In this document: in pieces, positions 38,599 through 49,001 of the stretch
Layout of the letters: each line of letters starts with the position of its first letter
Position numbering within the stretch: the stretch's first letter is position 1
Assembly: GCA_019058015.1 (NCBI GenBank)
Contig: JAHLWH010000134.1
Location: 1 to 64,000 of the forward strand
DNA from: Promethearchaeota archaeon
GTDB lineage: Archaea; Asgardarchaeota; Lokiarchaeia; Sigyniarchaeales; SOKP01
Reading direction: 5' to 3'
DNA length: 64,000 nt
Made by a program: the position numbers and the translations under genes
Notes under the pieces: generated by a model
What the model saw: the letters and a program-made list of their open reading frames with translations, nothing else
What the model was told of the DNA's origin: nothing
Databases searched by the model: none

Positions 38599-40443
38599 TT
38601 AATCTTCCTTTTTAATGGATTTTATCCAATTTGCATATTTCTCGGCCATAGCTTCAAAATTTACGTCATCCTTTAACGAAACAATTATATTATCACCATG
38701 AACTATACGAATATCTGCTTGAAGATCAATAGGATCTTTATATTCAGGAATTTCTTTCAATTTTTCAATGGATTTCTCCGCTTCATAATAAATTTCTTCG
38801 ATCGATTTATTTATTTGATCAATGAAAGCATTAGCACTAAACTCTTCACCAGTCAGATCTTTTATATATTCTGTAAAACTTTTTAGATTTCCTTGCTCCC
38901 AGTATTCTTTTCGGAGTTCTTCGCCAATTTTTGGGTTATCAATAATGTATCCATATTTTTTTAAGAAATATGTGCGGGTTTGGTATACGCCTAGCAAACC
39001 AAGAAGATAGGAATGATAATATGCAGAAAAATCTCCCGTAATGAGATGAGGAATGGATAAAGTCGGGAAATAACTTGGTTCTGTTAAAATGTCCGCTTCG
39101 ATTTTTCGTATAGTAGGAAGTATTTTGTCTGCGGTTAAATCTCCATCCGATAATTCATAAAGATATTTTTCTATTATTGAAGTTGTCAAAATACGTCTTG
39201 AAGCAAATATCAGATCTCTATGTTGATTTTCAAGATTTTCCTTAATAAGTTCCCACGGAATAGGTTCTCCTTGTTCATTGGCTGCATAAAGGGAAAGCCA
39301 ATCTGCATCATTTATTAATTGATCTATAAACATTGATTGAGTTTCTGCAAAGGAGGGTGATGTAGGTGGGAATTCTTGTGAAAAACATGGAGAAGGCATA
39401 GTTATGTTTGATGTATGTGCTGAATGTCCACCTTCATGAAGGAGAACAATTAAAGTATCCTTTCCACTTCCAATTGTTCCTGGAATAGCAGTGGAAGCAA
39501 TATTTATCCATGCAGGCTTAAATTCCCCATTTTCTATATATGGTGGGAAAGGTATATGCATAAAGCGTGCAGGAGATTTTCCTTTCCTTTCTACTAAATC
39601 CAGTTGTAAAAGTGCATTTTTAAAATCAATTCCCATTGCCATAAAAGTTTTCCCAAAACGTATTAAGGCTTGTTCCAAGGGAAAATAAGGGTCTAATTGA
39701 GCATTGAGATACCCTTCGGAGTAAAATTTATAATTCCAAGGTTTAACTGCATTTTCTCCATGTTTGCTCTTTAATTCATTTGCAACTATTTGACAGGCAG
39801 AACGTGTATTTTTTTCAAAGTCATCAAGTATTGAAAAAAGTTGCTTTTTCGACATATCACCAAAGATAAACGCCCTATAATCATAGTAATCTTCATATCC
39901 TAACATCCGAGCCAGGCGGTTTCGTTCTTTGATAATATTGATAAAACCGTTTTTAAGTAAAAATGTCTCAATTGAACAAAGGCTTTCATAAACAGCTCTG
40001 CGAACTGATTCATCTTTTTCGGAAGTAATCATTAAATATAATTTAGTTGAACTGGCTTCAATAAATTCACCTGTTTTGGGATCTATATATCCCAATTTCA
40101 TTTCTTGACGAGTTTGACCTAATTTTTCCTCCATTTTAACAATTTTTTGGGCTAACGCTTTCGCTTCTTCGTTTTCAATTGCATGAATTTCAAAATATTT
40201 CTTCCATCCGAGAAGACCGATTCTCTCTTCATCGGATAAATCATTTTTTTCAAGTTCTTTTCGAATCTCTTTTAGGATTGAAGTGTCTGAAATATACGCT
40301 TTTAATATATTTTCTGTTTTAGCAAAATCTCTGGGAATAAATTCTTTTAAATTCATATACATTGCCCAGAATGCTTTTTCCTTGGCAATGTGTAATTTAA
40401 GATATTTTTCATTTAATTTATGATTAAGAGACATAACAATCAT
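38599..40443 (-). CDS. M3-family Zn metallopeptidase (oligoendopeptidase)
   Basis: RN..AR.LGYEDYYDY, LDL..RKGK, HEGGH, AETQSMF, AYYHSY. Confidence 0.88.
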   Translation of the reverse strand: MIVMSLNHKLNEKYLKLHIAKEKAFWAMYMNLKEFIPRDFAKTENILKAYISDTSILKEIRKELEKNDLSDEERIGLLGWKKYFEIHAIENEEAKALAQKIVKMEEKLGQTRQEMKLGYIDPKTGEFIEASSTKLYLMITSEKDESVRRAVYESLCSIETFLLKNGFINIIKERNRLARMLGYEDYYDYRAFIFGDMSKKQLFSILDDFEKNTRSACQIVANELKSKHGENAVKPWNYKFYSEGYLNAQLDPYFPLEQALIRFGKTFMAMGIDFKNALLQLDLVERKGKSPARFMHIPFPPYIENGEFKPAWINIASTAIPGTIGSGKDTLIVLLHEGGHSAHTSNITMPSPCFSQEFPPTSPSFAETQSMFIDQLINDADWLSLYAANEQGEPIPWELIKENLENQHRDLIFASRRILTTSIIEKYLYELSDGDLTADKILPTIRKIEADILTEPSYFPTLSIPHLITGDFSAYYHSYLLGLLGVYQTRTYFLKKYGYIIDNPKIGEELRKEYWEQGNLKSFTEYIKDLTGEEFSANAFIDQINKSIEEIYYEAEKSIEKLKEIPEYKDPIDLQADIRIVHGDNIIVSLKDDVNFEAMAEKYANWIKSIKKED

Positions 40444-40500
40444 TTCAACTTGGTTCAGTCAAATAATAAACATAACTCTCCTATAATATTTTCGTAAAAA

Positions 40501-42897
40501 TTATTGATTTTGATATTTAAAAATTCCACCAATTAATTGTCCTGTACTAATACCAGCATCACCAGGAGCGACTAAATCATGTTCTAGAAAAGTAAATCCC
40601 TCCTTAATTATCATATTTTTGATTGTATTGCTAAATGAATAATTATATGCAACTCCTCCTGTTAAACCAATTTTATTAATTCCATTACTTTCAGCCATTT
40701 TAACAGCAATATCTGCAAAAGCTTTCCCAAACTCGACTTGGAATGCTACAGCAATATCTTCTTTTCTATTATTTGAATTTTCTAATAAATTTAATATGTT
40801 AGTAATTATTTCTGAAGTCTTAATGATGTATTGTCCATTTTCTTTAATAAAATTTATAGATAACTCAATATTATTTGGGTTTCCTTTAGAAGCCAATCCT
40901 TCCAATCGAATAGCAGGTTCACCTTGATAGGTTTTTAGTTTACATGCATCCAACAAATATGAGATGACATCAAAAATTCTCCCTGTTGCACTTGTTAAAG
41001 GAATATTTTTTGTTGGAAAATTTCGATTGGAATATATAAATTGAGAAATTATGCCTTCTAATTCTGCGGATTTATGTTCTAAATCATTTTTTAATTCCAT
41101 TTTCTGGAAAACTTTATTAGCTTCTTCAACTCCGATGATATTTAGTAAGATTGAAGCAAACATTCGTCCAGGGTATTTTGCACATCGATCACCCCCAATC
41201 ATTGGCTGAGATTCTAAATGACCTAATCTTTGGTATCCACTATAAGAACTTAATAAGAGTTCTCCGCCCCACACGGTATGGTCTTCACCATAACCAACTC
41301 CGTCGGTGGCAATTGCTATAATTTCTTCATCTGGGGATATTTTATTTTCAGCCATTAAACCTAGAACATGAGCAAAATGATGTTGAATTGGAAAATACTC
41401 AACTCTAAAATTTTCTGCAAGTTCCTTAGCATAATTGGTTGTATAGAAAGACGGGTGCAAATCACATGCAATAAATTTAATTTCATTATCTTCAATCTGT
41501 AACAAATTTTTTATATTCATCAATGCATTTTTCAAAAAATTTAATGTTTCAAGGCTGGTTACATGACCAATATGTTGAGTTGGGAAGATTCTATTTCGCC
41601 TTAATACTGCTCCAGTTAAATTTAATTCAGGTCCAGTTGCCAAAGCCCCCGGAACATCTACTTCAAAAGGTAATGGCAGGTATTCAGGAATATAACCTCT
41701 AGATCGACGAATTAATTTAATTTTGTTTCCATGTACTCTTAAAACACTATCATCACATCTCTGAAAAATTGTTCTATTATGTAAGAGAAAAAAATCAGCA
41801 AGTCCTTGCAATTGCTCAAAAATCATTTCATTTCTTATTCCCATAGGTAAATTTGATACATTTCCGCTAGTATAGATTAATGGTTTTTGCCCTATAAAAT
41901 CAAAAAGCAGATAATGAATCCCGGCATAAGGTAACATTACACCTATTGAACTTAAACCTGGAGCCACTTGATTTGAAAGTATTCCATCATTAGATCCTTT
42001 TTTTTTTTCAAGAATGACAATAGGTCTTCTAAAAGAAGTTAAAAATTCTCTTTCTTTCTCAGAGAATATAACAAAATTTTCAAGAACCTCTAATTTAGGA
42101 GTCATAATAGCAAAGGGTTTATATTTCCGATCTTTTTTTCTATTTCTTAGATCTTCTAGTACTTTATCATCTTCAGCCAAACAAATTAAATGAACTCCTC
42201 CCATCCCTTTAACTGCGGCAATTTCACCACTATTAATTCTTCTGGCTGTGATTTCCAAGATTTCTTTAATAGAATTTGTCTCAATTATATTTTTAGATTT
42301 ATCATATAACTGGTATTGTGGTCCACAAACTGCGCAAGCAAATGTTTGGGCATGAAATCGTCTATTATTAAAATCTTTATATTCCTTTACACATGATGTT
42401 TTGTCCTCATTACATAATGGAAATTCAATCATAGTACTTCTCTCTCGATCGTAAGGTAAAGTATTAACAATCGTATAACGTGGACCACAGACTGCACAAG
42501 CAACAAAAGGATACATATAATATCTTTTTTTATTTTTATCTCTTAAATCATTCACGCAATCATCACAAATTGCAATGTCTGGGGGAAGAGTAAGACTTAT
42601 TCCACGACTTTTTTCACTTTTTCGAATCTTTAAATCTTTAAATTCCTCATCAGTCTCTATTTTCTTAACCGAAATTGATTCAACATAGGAAATCTTTGGC
42701 TTTTTTAATTTAATATCCTCAACAAATCTATCCAATAATTCTTCTTCTCCAGTGAGAACAAGACGGACTCCCGCATTACCTTGATTTAAAATATATCCTT
42801 TAAATCCATATTTTCGAGCTAAATTAAATAAAAAAGGTCTAAAGCCAACGCCTTGGACTATGCCCGTAATGTTAATTTCGATTTTAATATTTTTCAC
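40501..42897 (-). CDS. hypF: Carbamoyltransferase HypF
   Basis: Acylphosphatase domain GIVQGVGFRPF, Zn fingers, CGPRY, RRFHAQ, KGMGG.HL, QHHFAH, DG.GYG.D..VWGGE, GDAGIS.GQ. Confidence 0.96.
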   Translation of the reverse strand: MKNIKIEINITGIVQGVGFRPFLFNLARKYGFKGYILNQGNAGVRLVLTGEEELLDRFVEDIKLKKPKISYVESISVKKIETDEEFKDLKIRKSEKSRGISLTLPPDIAICDDCVNDLRDKNKKRYYMYPFVACAVCGPRYTIVNTLPYDRERSTMIEFPLCNEDKTSCVKEYKDFNNRRFHAQTFACAVCGPQYQLYDKSKNIIETNSIKEILEITARRINSGEIAAVKGMGGVHLICLAEDDKVLEDLRNRKKDRKYKPFAIMTPKLEVLENFVIFSEKEREFLTSFRRPIVILEKKKGSNDGILSNQVAPGLSSIGVMLPYAGIHYLLFDFIGQKPLIYTSGNVSNLPMGIRNEMIFEQLQGLADFFLLHNRTIFQRCDDSVLRVHGNKIKLIRRSRGYIPEYLPLPFEVDVPGALATGPELNLTGAVLRRNRIFPTQHIGHVTSLETLNFLKNALMNIKNLLQIEDNEIKFIACDLHPSFYTTNYAKELAENFRVEYFPIQHHFAHVLGLMAENKISPDEEIIAIATDGVGYGEDHTVWGGELLLSSYSGYQRLGHLESQPMIGGDRCAKYPGRMFASILLNIIGVEEANKVFQKMELKNDLEHKSAELEGIISQFIYSNRNFPTKNIPLTSATGRIFDVISYLLDACKLKTYQGEPAIRLEGLASKGNPNNIELSINFIKENGQYIIKTSEIITNILNLLENSNNRKEDIAVAFQVEFGKAFADIAVKMAESNGINKIGLTGGVAYNYSFSNTIKNMIIKEGFTFLEHDLVAPGDAGISTGQLIGGIFKYQNQ

Positions 42898-43007
42898 TTC
42901 AATAGGTGCAGCATTAATTTTAATTTATTCTCAATAATCGGAATTGATAGATTTTATTTTAATTTAATTTAATTAAATTTTAATGCATTCTCAATATTAT
43001 ATTATTC

Positions 43008-44060
43008 ATGAAAAGCGACGTAAAAGGCTCAAAAATAATACGCTTAGCTCACGGTTCAGGCGGAACCTTGCAATCGGAATTGATAGAATTCATAGTAAAG
43101 GGGATTGCTCAAAAAAATGTTAATAATGGTATTGGTGTTGAAGAATTAGATGATGGAGCTACAATTCCCTTAAAAAATTATGATAAAGAGATTGTAATAA
43201 CTGCTGATGGACACACTGTTTTTCCTCTATTTTTTCCGGGAGGGGATCTTGGAAAATTAAGCATATGTGGAACGGTGAATGATATTTTAATGATGGGAGC
43301 TGAACCTTTAGCTTTAAGTTCAATTTATATTATTGAAGAAGGATTTAACTTTGATATATTAGGAAAAATTGTTAAGTCTTTTAATCAAACTGCTAAAGAG
43401 GTTGGTATTGCAATTATTGCTGGTGATACAAAAGTTATGCCTAAAACCACGTTGAATGAAATTATTATCGCAACCTCTGGAATAGGGATTAAAGATACGG
43501 ATATAAAAATATGTGATAATAATCTAAAGGCTGGTGATAAAATTATAGTAACAGGTTCAATCGGTGATCATGGTGCTGCTTTAATGGCAAAAAGAGAAGG
43601 ATTAAATTTATCGACAAATTTAGAATCTGATCTTGCACATTTAAAAGAAATATATCTTGCGATTAAAGAAAATATTAAACAAAATCATATTCATGCAATG
43701 AAAGATCCTACTCGTGGAGGAATTGCCAGTGCCTTAAATGAATGGAGTTCAAAATCAGATGTAAGTATTTGGCTCGAGGAAGATGCTATTCCAATAAAGG
43801 ATGAAGTAAACTCTATTTGTGATATTTTGGGATTAGAGCCATTTAATATTGCATGTGAAGGTAGAGCTCTCATCGCTGTTGATTCAAATTATGTAGATGA
43901 AGTCTTTAAAAAAATCAAAACTACAAATCTTGGAGAAGAAGCCCGGATAATTGGAGAAGTAAAATCTGAGGAACATAAAAAAGTATTCTTAAAAACAATA
44001 ATTGGAGGAACTAGATTCGTAGATATGCCTTTAGGGGAGTCTATTCCTCGTATATGTTAA
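43008..44060 (+). CDS. hypE: Hydrogenase maturation protein HypE
   Basis: LAHGSGG, PLFFPGGDLG.L..CGTVND, GDTKV, DPTRGG, C-terminal PRIC. Confidence 0.96.
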   Translation: MKSDVKGSKIIRLAHGSGGTLQSELIEFIVKGIAQKNVNNGIGVEELDDGATIPLKNYDKEIVITADGHTVFPLFFPGGDLGKLSICGTVNDILMMGAEPLALSSIYIIEEGFNFDILGKIVKSFNQTAKEVGIAIIAGDTKVMPKTTLNEIIIATSGIGIKDTDIKICDNNLKAGDKIIVTGSIGDHGAALMAKREGLNLSTNLESDLAHLKEIYLAIKENIKQNHIHAMKDPTRGGIASALNEWSSKSDVSIWLEEDAIPIKDEVNSICDILGLEPFNIACEGRALIAVDSNYVDEVFKKIKTTNLGEEARIIGEVKSEEHKKVFLKTIIGGTRFVDMPLGESIPRIC

Positions 44061-44238
44061 AAATATTATCATTTGAAAATTAACAAAATAAAAAAATTAT
44101 TAATAAAAAATGCAAAATCTAGGAACAAGACAATTAATTCTCGGAATTTAAATAACAGATTAGAGAAAAACTTTTAAGTTAGTTTCCCTCCTAAAGAAGT
44201 TATTTAAATTTCAATAAGAACAAAATTGTTGTATTAAA

Positions 44239-45867
44239 ATGAGGAAAAGACTGGTTCTAATTAATCCAATTAATCCCTCTGAACTAAGTAAAATAAAGAT
44301 AGTGCCAACTCAGCTTTTGATTTTAGCTTCATATATTAAAAAAAATGTCGATTTAGATGTCGATATTTTAGATCTATCTTTTAAATTCGAACTCCATAGT
44401 GTAGATAAAACGATTTCCAGATATTTAGATAAATTTAATGAATATGACTATTTTGGAATCGCTTGTTTCTCAAGTTTTTTTTATATCACTAGTTTATTTC
44501 TAGCAAAAAAAATTAGAGAAATACATCCAAATGCATATATTTTTGTAGGGGGATATCATCCAACAATTAGGCCAAATGATTTTATTTTTCCTAATTCTCC
44601 TTTTAATTACATTTTTTCTGGTGAAGCAGAAAAAGAGCTTTGTAAACTAATAAAAAAGTTAAATGTAAAATCATTTCGCCTTAAGGCACCATTGATTATT
44701 TATTGTGAGCCCTTAAATATTGAAGATTTCATTAATACTGATTGGTCTTATACAGAATCCCTTGATTATGTAAAAAATCCCACACCTTCCGATCGTATTA
44801 TGATCCCTGTATTTCTTTCTCGTGGATGTCCGTTTACATGCAATTTTTGTCAAGATCCAAAAAATAAATTAACAAAATCCAGCAGATCTTGGAGAAGGAT
44901 GCCAATAAACAAGGCACTTAATGAATTAGTTAATATTTACAATCAATTTCATAATCGAGATAATTTAATTTATGAAGTATGGATTTGGGACCCACTATTT
45001 GGGACTCCTAAGTATCGTATCGAGTTATATAAAAAATTAATACGATATGCTCCAGATCAATATTATTGGGCTGAGCTGAGAGTTGACACATTTAAGCCTG
45101 ATGAGGAAATTCCATTCTTGAAACAACTTAAATTTAGTTTAACATTTGGTCTTGAAAGTGGCTCTCCTAAAATACTCAAAATTTGCATGAATAAAACGCC
45201 AAAACCATACAAATACTTAGAAAAAATGAAAGTTATTTCCGCAAAACTTGATGAGAATAAAATATATCATACGATAAATATATTATATGGTCATCCAGGA
45301 GAGACATATCAAACAATAAATGAAACTAATGACTATTTAGTGAAATTATTTAAAAATAAACATTTTATTTTACCTAATTATTCCATATATGAACATTACC
45401 CTGGAACTGAAATATATTCAAATATGAGCAAATATGAAAATCTTTATGGCACTCAATTTTTACTAAAAAAATGGTGGAACACAAACAAAAATCCAAAGAT
45501 GGCTTCAAGATTAATAAAGCCTTCTAATGAATTAGATTGCATAGATGTACACTTTAAAACACAAGAAAATGTGTTAAATATTGCTAAAATAGTATTAAAA
45601 AATAAAATTGGAAGGAGATCTGATATGCCTCTTACATATCACAAAATTAGAGAGTATCTCATAAATGGCATAATGACTTGGAAGATGGTGCCTAAATTTT
45701 TTATCGATCTTATTAGAGACAATATTTTTGTTTTATTAGCTAATAATTACTCTAAAGAAATGTATAATTTTATGAAAAATAAAATGGATAAATTATTAGC
45801 AGAAGATTTCCCCCAAAAATTTAAAACAATTGAATTTCTTAAAAATAATTTCCCTGAATTTTTGTAA
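44239..45867 (+). CDS. Cobalamin-binding radical SAM enzyme
   Basis: N-terminal B12-binding domain (VGGYHPT, GEAE), SRGCPFTCNFC, GLESGS, G.PGET, YPGT. Confidence 0.9.
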   Translation: MRKRLVLINPINPSELSKIKIVPTQLLILASYIKKNVDLDVDILDLSFKFELHSVDKTISRYLDKFNEYDYFGIACFSSFFYITSLFLAKKIREIHPNAYIFVGGYHPTIRPNDFIFPNSPFNYIFSGEAEKELCKLIKKLNVKSFRLKAPLIIYCEPLNIEDFINTDWSYTESLDYVKNPTPSDRIMIPVFLSRGCPFTCNFCQDPKNKLTKSSRSWRRMPINKALNELVNIYNQFHNRDNLIYEVWIWDPLFGTPKYRIELYKKLIRYAPDQYYWAELRVDTFKPDEEIPFLKQLKFSLTFGLESGSPKILKICMNKTPKPYKYLEKMKVISAKLDENKIYHTINILYGHPGETYQTINETNDYLVKLFKNKHFILPNYSIYEHYPGTEIYSNMSKYENLYGTQFLLKKWWNTNKNPKMASRLIKPSNELDCIDVHFKTQENVLNIAKIVLKNKIGRRSDMPLTYHKIREYLINGIMTWKMVPKFFIDLIRDNIFVLLANNYSKEMYNFMKNKMDKLLAEDFPQKFKTIEFLKNNFPEFL

Positions 45868-45969
45868 TTCTCTTCTTTTTGAGAATATTTAATCATCCTT
45901 AAATTTAAAGTAATAATAATATTAAAATGTTAATTTCAGGAAATATTAAAAAAAAAGTGGTTCTGCAGC

Positions 45970-47052
45970 ATTCCAGTATTAAAAATATTAAAAAATAAAG
46001 GATTTACAGAAAAAATCACTAAGATAATAAACAGTTTGGCCCGAAAAATTAATAAACCAATTAAACTGATGCATGTGTGTGGAACACATGAACATACTAT
46101 TTCTAAATATGGAATTCGTTCAATCTTACCTAAAGAACTTGAAATTATTTCCGGTCCTGGATGTCCTGTATGTGTATGTCCTGCAGCCGATATTGATAAA
46201 GCAATAGAGATTGGAAAAAGAGAAGATACAATAATCACAACCTTTGGAGATATGCTCCGGGTTCCTGCAACTAATCTTTCTCTAACAGAATTAAGAGCTC
46301 AGGGAGCAGATGTAAGAATTGTATATGGGCCAAATGATGCAGTTAAAATTGCTAAAGAAAATCCCGATAAAGAAGTTATTTTTTTTGCTATTGGATTTGA
46401 AACAACTGTTCCATTGATTGGATATGAGATTAAAATCAATCCTCCATTAAATTTTTCAGTAATTTGCGCCCATAAACTCATTCCTGCTGCATTGGAATTA
46501 CTTATTGGAATTGACCAATTAAACATAGATGGTTTTATCTCTCCTGGACATGTTGCTACCATAATTGGAACTAAACCATTCCAATTATTTTCTGATGCAT
46601 ATCACGTCCCGAATGTTGTAACGGGTTTTGAACCTAATGATGTGCTCATGGCATTGGCTATGTTATTAAAACAAATAAAAAATAAAGAATATAAGACAGA
46701 AAATGAATATACACGAGTAGTTAAATCAGAGGGTAATAAAATTGCCCAAAAAATTATCACTGATGTTTTTGATTCAGTGTCTTCCCCTTGGAGAGGTATT
46801 GGCCGAATTCTTGATGGTGGTCTAGCAATTAAGGATTCATATTCTAAATATGATGCGGATAAAAAATTTGATATTAAAATTGAAAATTCTATAGATATTC
46901 AACCAGGTTGTAATTGCCACTTAGTTATGACTGGAAAAATATATCCATATGAATGTAAAATGTTTAAAAAGATTTGCACCCCTGAAAAACCCATAGGCCC
47001 ATGCATGGTTAGTGCAGAAGGAACATGTGCAATTTATTATAAATATGGTTAA
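45970..47052 (+). CDS. hypD: Hydrogenase maturation protein HypD
   Basis: MHVCGTHE, SGPGCPVCV, GFETT, PGHV, GPCMVS.EG.C. The frame is open upstream of TTG 46036 over the expected N-terminal helix. Confidence 0.95.
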   Translation: MPVLKILKNKGFTEKITKIINSLARKINKPIKLMHVCGTHEHTISKYGIRSILPKELEIISGPGCPVCVCPAADIDKAIEIGKREDTIITTFGDMLRVPATNLSLTELRAQGADVRIVYGPNDAVKIAKENPDKEVIFFAIGFETTVPLIGYEIKINPPLNFSVICAHKLIPAALELLIGIDQLNIDGFISPGHVATIIGTKPFQLFSDAYHVPNVVTGFEPNDVLMALAMLLKQIKNKEYKTENEYTRVVKSEGNKIAQKIITDVFDSVSSPWRGIGRILDGGLAIKDSYSKYDADKKFDIKIENSIDIQPGCNCHLVMTGKIYPYECKMFKKICTPEKPIGPCMVSAEGTCAIYYKYG

Positions 47053-47056
47053 AATA

Positions 47057-47875
47057 TTATATAACTATTCTATCTGGATGAGTATAAATATTCATCTTGC
47101 TTCCCCTTACAAATCCAATTAATGTAATATTATAATTAAATGCAATTCTTATTCCAGATTCAATCGGGGCTGATATTGAGGCTAAAATGGGTATTTTACT
47201 TCTCGCTGCTTTCAAGACTGAGTCTCCAGTTAATCTTCCAGTTGAGCAGAGAAATGTCTCTTTTAATTCAATATTTTTTATCAAAGCACTCCCAATAACT
47301 TTATCAATTGCATTATGCCTTCCAATATCTTCAAATATTTCTAATAATTTTCCTTGAAAATTAAACAATGCTGCTCCATGACATCCTCCTGTTTCTTTAA
47401 ATAAAGAAGTCTCTTTTTGCATTTTGACAATACTGTTAAATATTAAATCGGAAGTAAGTTTAATATTATTGAATTGTTCTTCAGGTTTATCAATAGAATT
47501 TAAAATTAAATCTCTCCAAATTGATGGAATACCACAAGATGTTTTTATAATTCTATTATATGTAGAGGAATTGAAGTTTTCAATGGTAGTTTTATTTAAA
47601 TCATCAACAAAAATTGAAACCTCGTTTTCAATAGAATTAACTTCTATATTTTTTATTTCATTAATTGAATCAATAAATCCCGTAGTATATAAAAATCCAA
47701 TAGTTAATTCTTTAAGATCTTTGGGCAAACAAATAATAGTAACAACTGAATTCTCATTTATTTTAATCGTGATCGGTCTTTCTATTAAAATAGTATCTTC
47801 AATATCATGAAAATTTCCTTTTTGGAGCTTTTTAATTTTATGCATTCTCTTATACATTTTATGGTCCAATTTCAA
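47057..47875 (-). CDS. fdhD: Formate dehydrogenase accessory sulfurtransferase FdhD
   Basis: E.P, EL.IGFL, SCG, TGG.H.AAL, EDIGRHNAIDK.IG, TGR, L.GFVR. Confidence 0.93.
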   Translation of the reverse strand: MKLDHKMYKRMHKIKKLQKGNFHDIEDTILIERPITIKINENSVVTIICLPKDLKELTIGFLYTTGFIDSINEIKNIEVNSIENEVSIFVDDLNKTTIENFNSSTYNRIIKTSCGIPSIWRDLILNSIDKPEEQFNNIKLTSDLIFNSIVKMQKETSLFKETGGCHGAALFNFQGKLLEIFEDIGRHNAIDKVIGSALIKNIELKETFLCSTGRLTGDSVLKAARSKIPILASISAPIESGIRIAFNYNITLIGFVRGSKMNIYTHPDRIVI

Positions 47876-47993
47876 TAATTTTGTATTCTTTAATAATTTC
47901 CTATTAACAAAATATAATCTAAAATTTTATTATGAGTTTTATATTTTTAAATCTATAGAAATAATAAAAAACTAATAAACTGAGATATTACTA

Positions 47994-48338
47994 ATGATGG
48001 CTAAAAAAATTGATAATTTAGATGATGAGATTGCTAAAGAAGGAATAACTATTGTAGATTTTACAGCTACTTGGTGCGGACCTTGTAAAGTAATTAGCCC
48101 AATATTACATAACCTTGAAGATAACGGTCTAATAAAAGTGGTTTCTGTAGATGTTGATTTGAATAAAGGACTTGCAATGAATTTTGGAATTCAGGCTGTT
48201 CCTTATCTTGTTTTTTATAAAAATGGTGATAGAGTTCATAATAATATAGAATTGGAAGGTTATAAAGTTATGAAAGATGGCGTAATCATTGGTGCTTTAA
48301 ATGAAACATATTTACGACAAATTATTAGTCAATTATAA
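47994..48338 (+). CDS. trxA: Thioredoxin
   Basis: VDFTATWCGPCK, I.AVP. Confidence 0.9.
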   Translation: MMAKKIDNLDDEIAKEGITIVDFTATWCGPCKVISPILHNLEDNGLIKVVSVDVDLNKGLAMNFGIQAVPYLVFYKNGDRVHNNIELEGYKVMKDGVIIGALNETYLRQIISQL

Positions 48339-48481
48339 AAGTCTTTTTCATAATTTTTTTATCTAATTTTTAAAAAATATAAGATTTTAATAATATCTTT
48401 AATACGAAATTAGATTTGAAAAGGATTTTAAATTAATTTTTATTTTTAATCCTAATAATAATTACTTTTAAAGGTAATTTT

Positions 48482-48985
48482 ATGAATTATACAAGATCAG
48501 ATCTAGTTCAAGCCGACGCTGCAATGAATCAAATGAGGAATGCAATATATCATTTAATTAGATTTATGAAAAAAGAAAATGTTAAAGATGTTAAAATGCG
48601 ATTACAGCGCATAGGAAAAAATATTGCATCAACTTACAGCCGATATTGGCTCCCTAAAAGCGCGATAACCAAAGAAAATCTGGATATAATATTAAAAGAG
48701 ATATATTCTTCTATTTTTAAGTCAAAAATTAATCTCGAGGTAGATTTTGGAAAAAATATTCTAAAAATAGTGGATAATAAATGCTGCCTATGTAAATATA
48801 ACTATCCGGATATAGACATCCCGGGATGTGAAGTGCTACAAGGGTTTTTACCAAATTTCATTGATATTTTAAATAAAAAACACCCTAATGAAAAAATTAT
48901 TTCGGTAAAACCTAAAGAAGTCAGTAGATCTAGAGCTATTGGAGATTCTCATTGCGTGCAAGAATTTTATATAAATGAGAAATAA
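48482..48985 (+). CDS. V4R/Bet3(TRAPP)-like protein
   Basis: RLQRIGKNIA helix, D.KC.LC, GC...GFL, SRA.GD..C (V4R-type Cys pattern). Confidence 0.7.
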   Translation: MNYTRSDLVQADAAMNQMRNAIYHLIRFMKKENVKDVKMRLQRIGKNIASTYSRYWLPKSAITKENLDIILKEIYSSIFKSKINLEVDFGKNILKIVDNKCCLCKYNYPDIDIPGCEVLQGFLPNFIDILNKKHPNEKIISVKPKEVSRSRAIGDSHCVQEFYINEK

Positions 48986-49001
48986 TGGGGTGTAGAATAA
49001 A

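Noticed and set aside
47500-47560. FdhD has SCGIP rather than the two-Cys SCGxC motif
   Set aside because: The first Cys is retained and single-Cys variants are plausible in this family; not distinctive enough to report.
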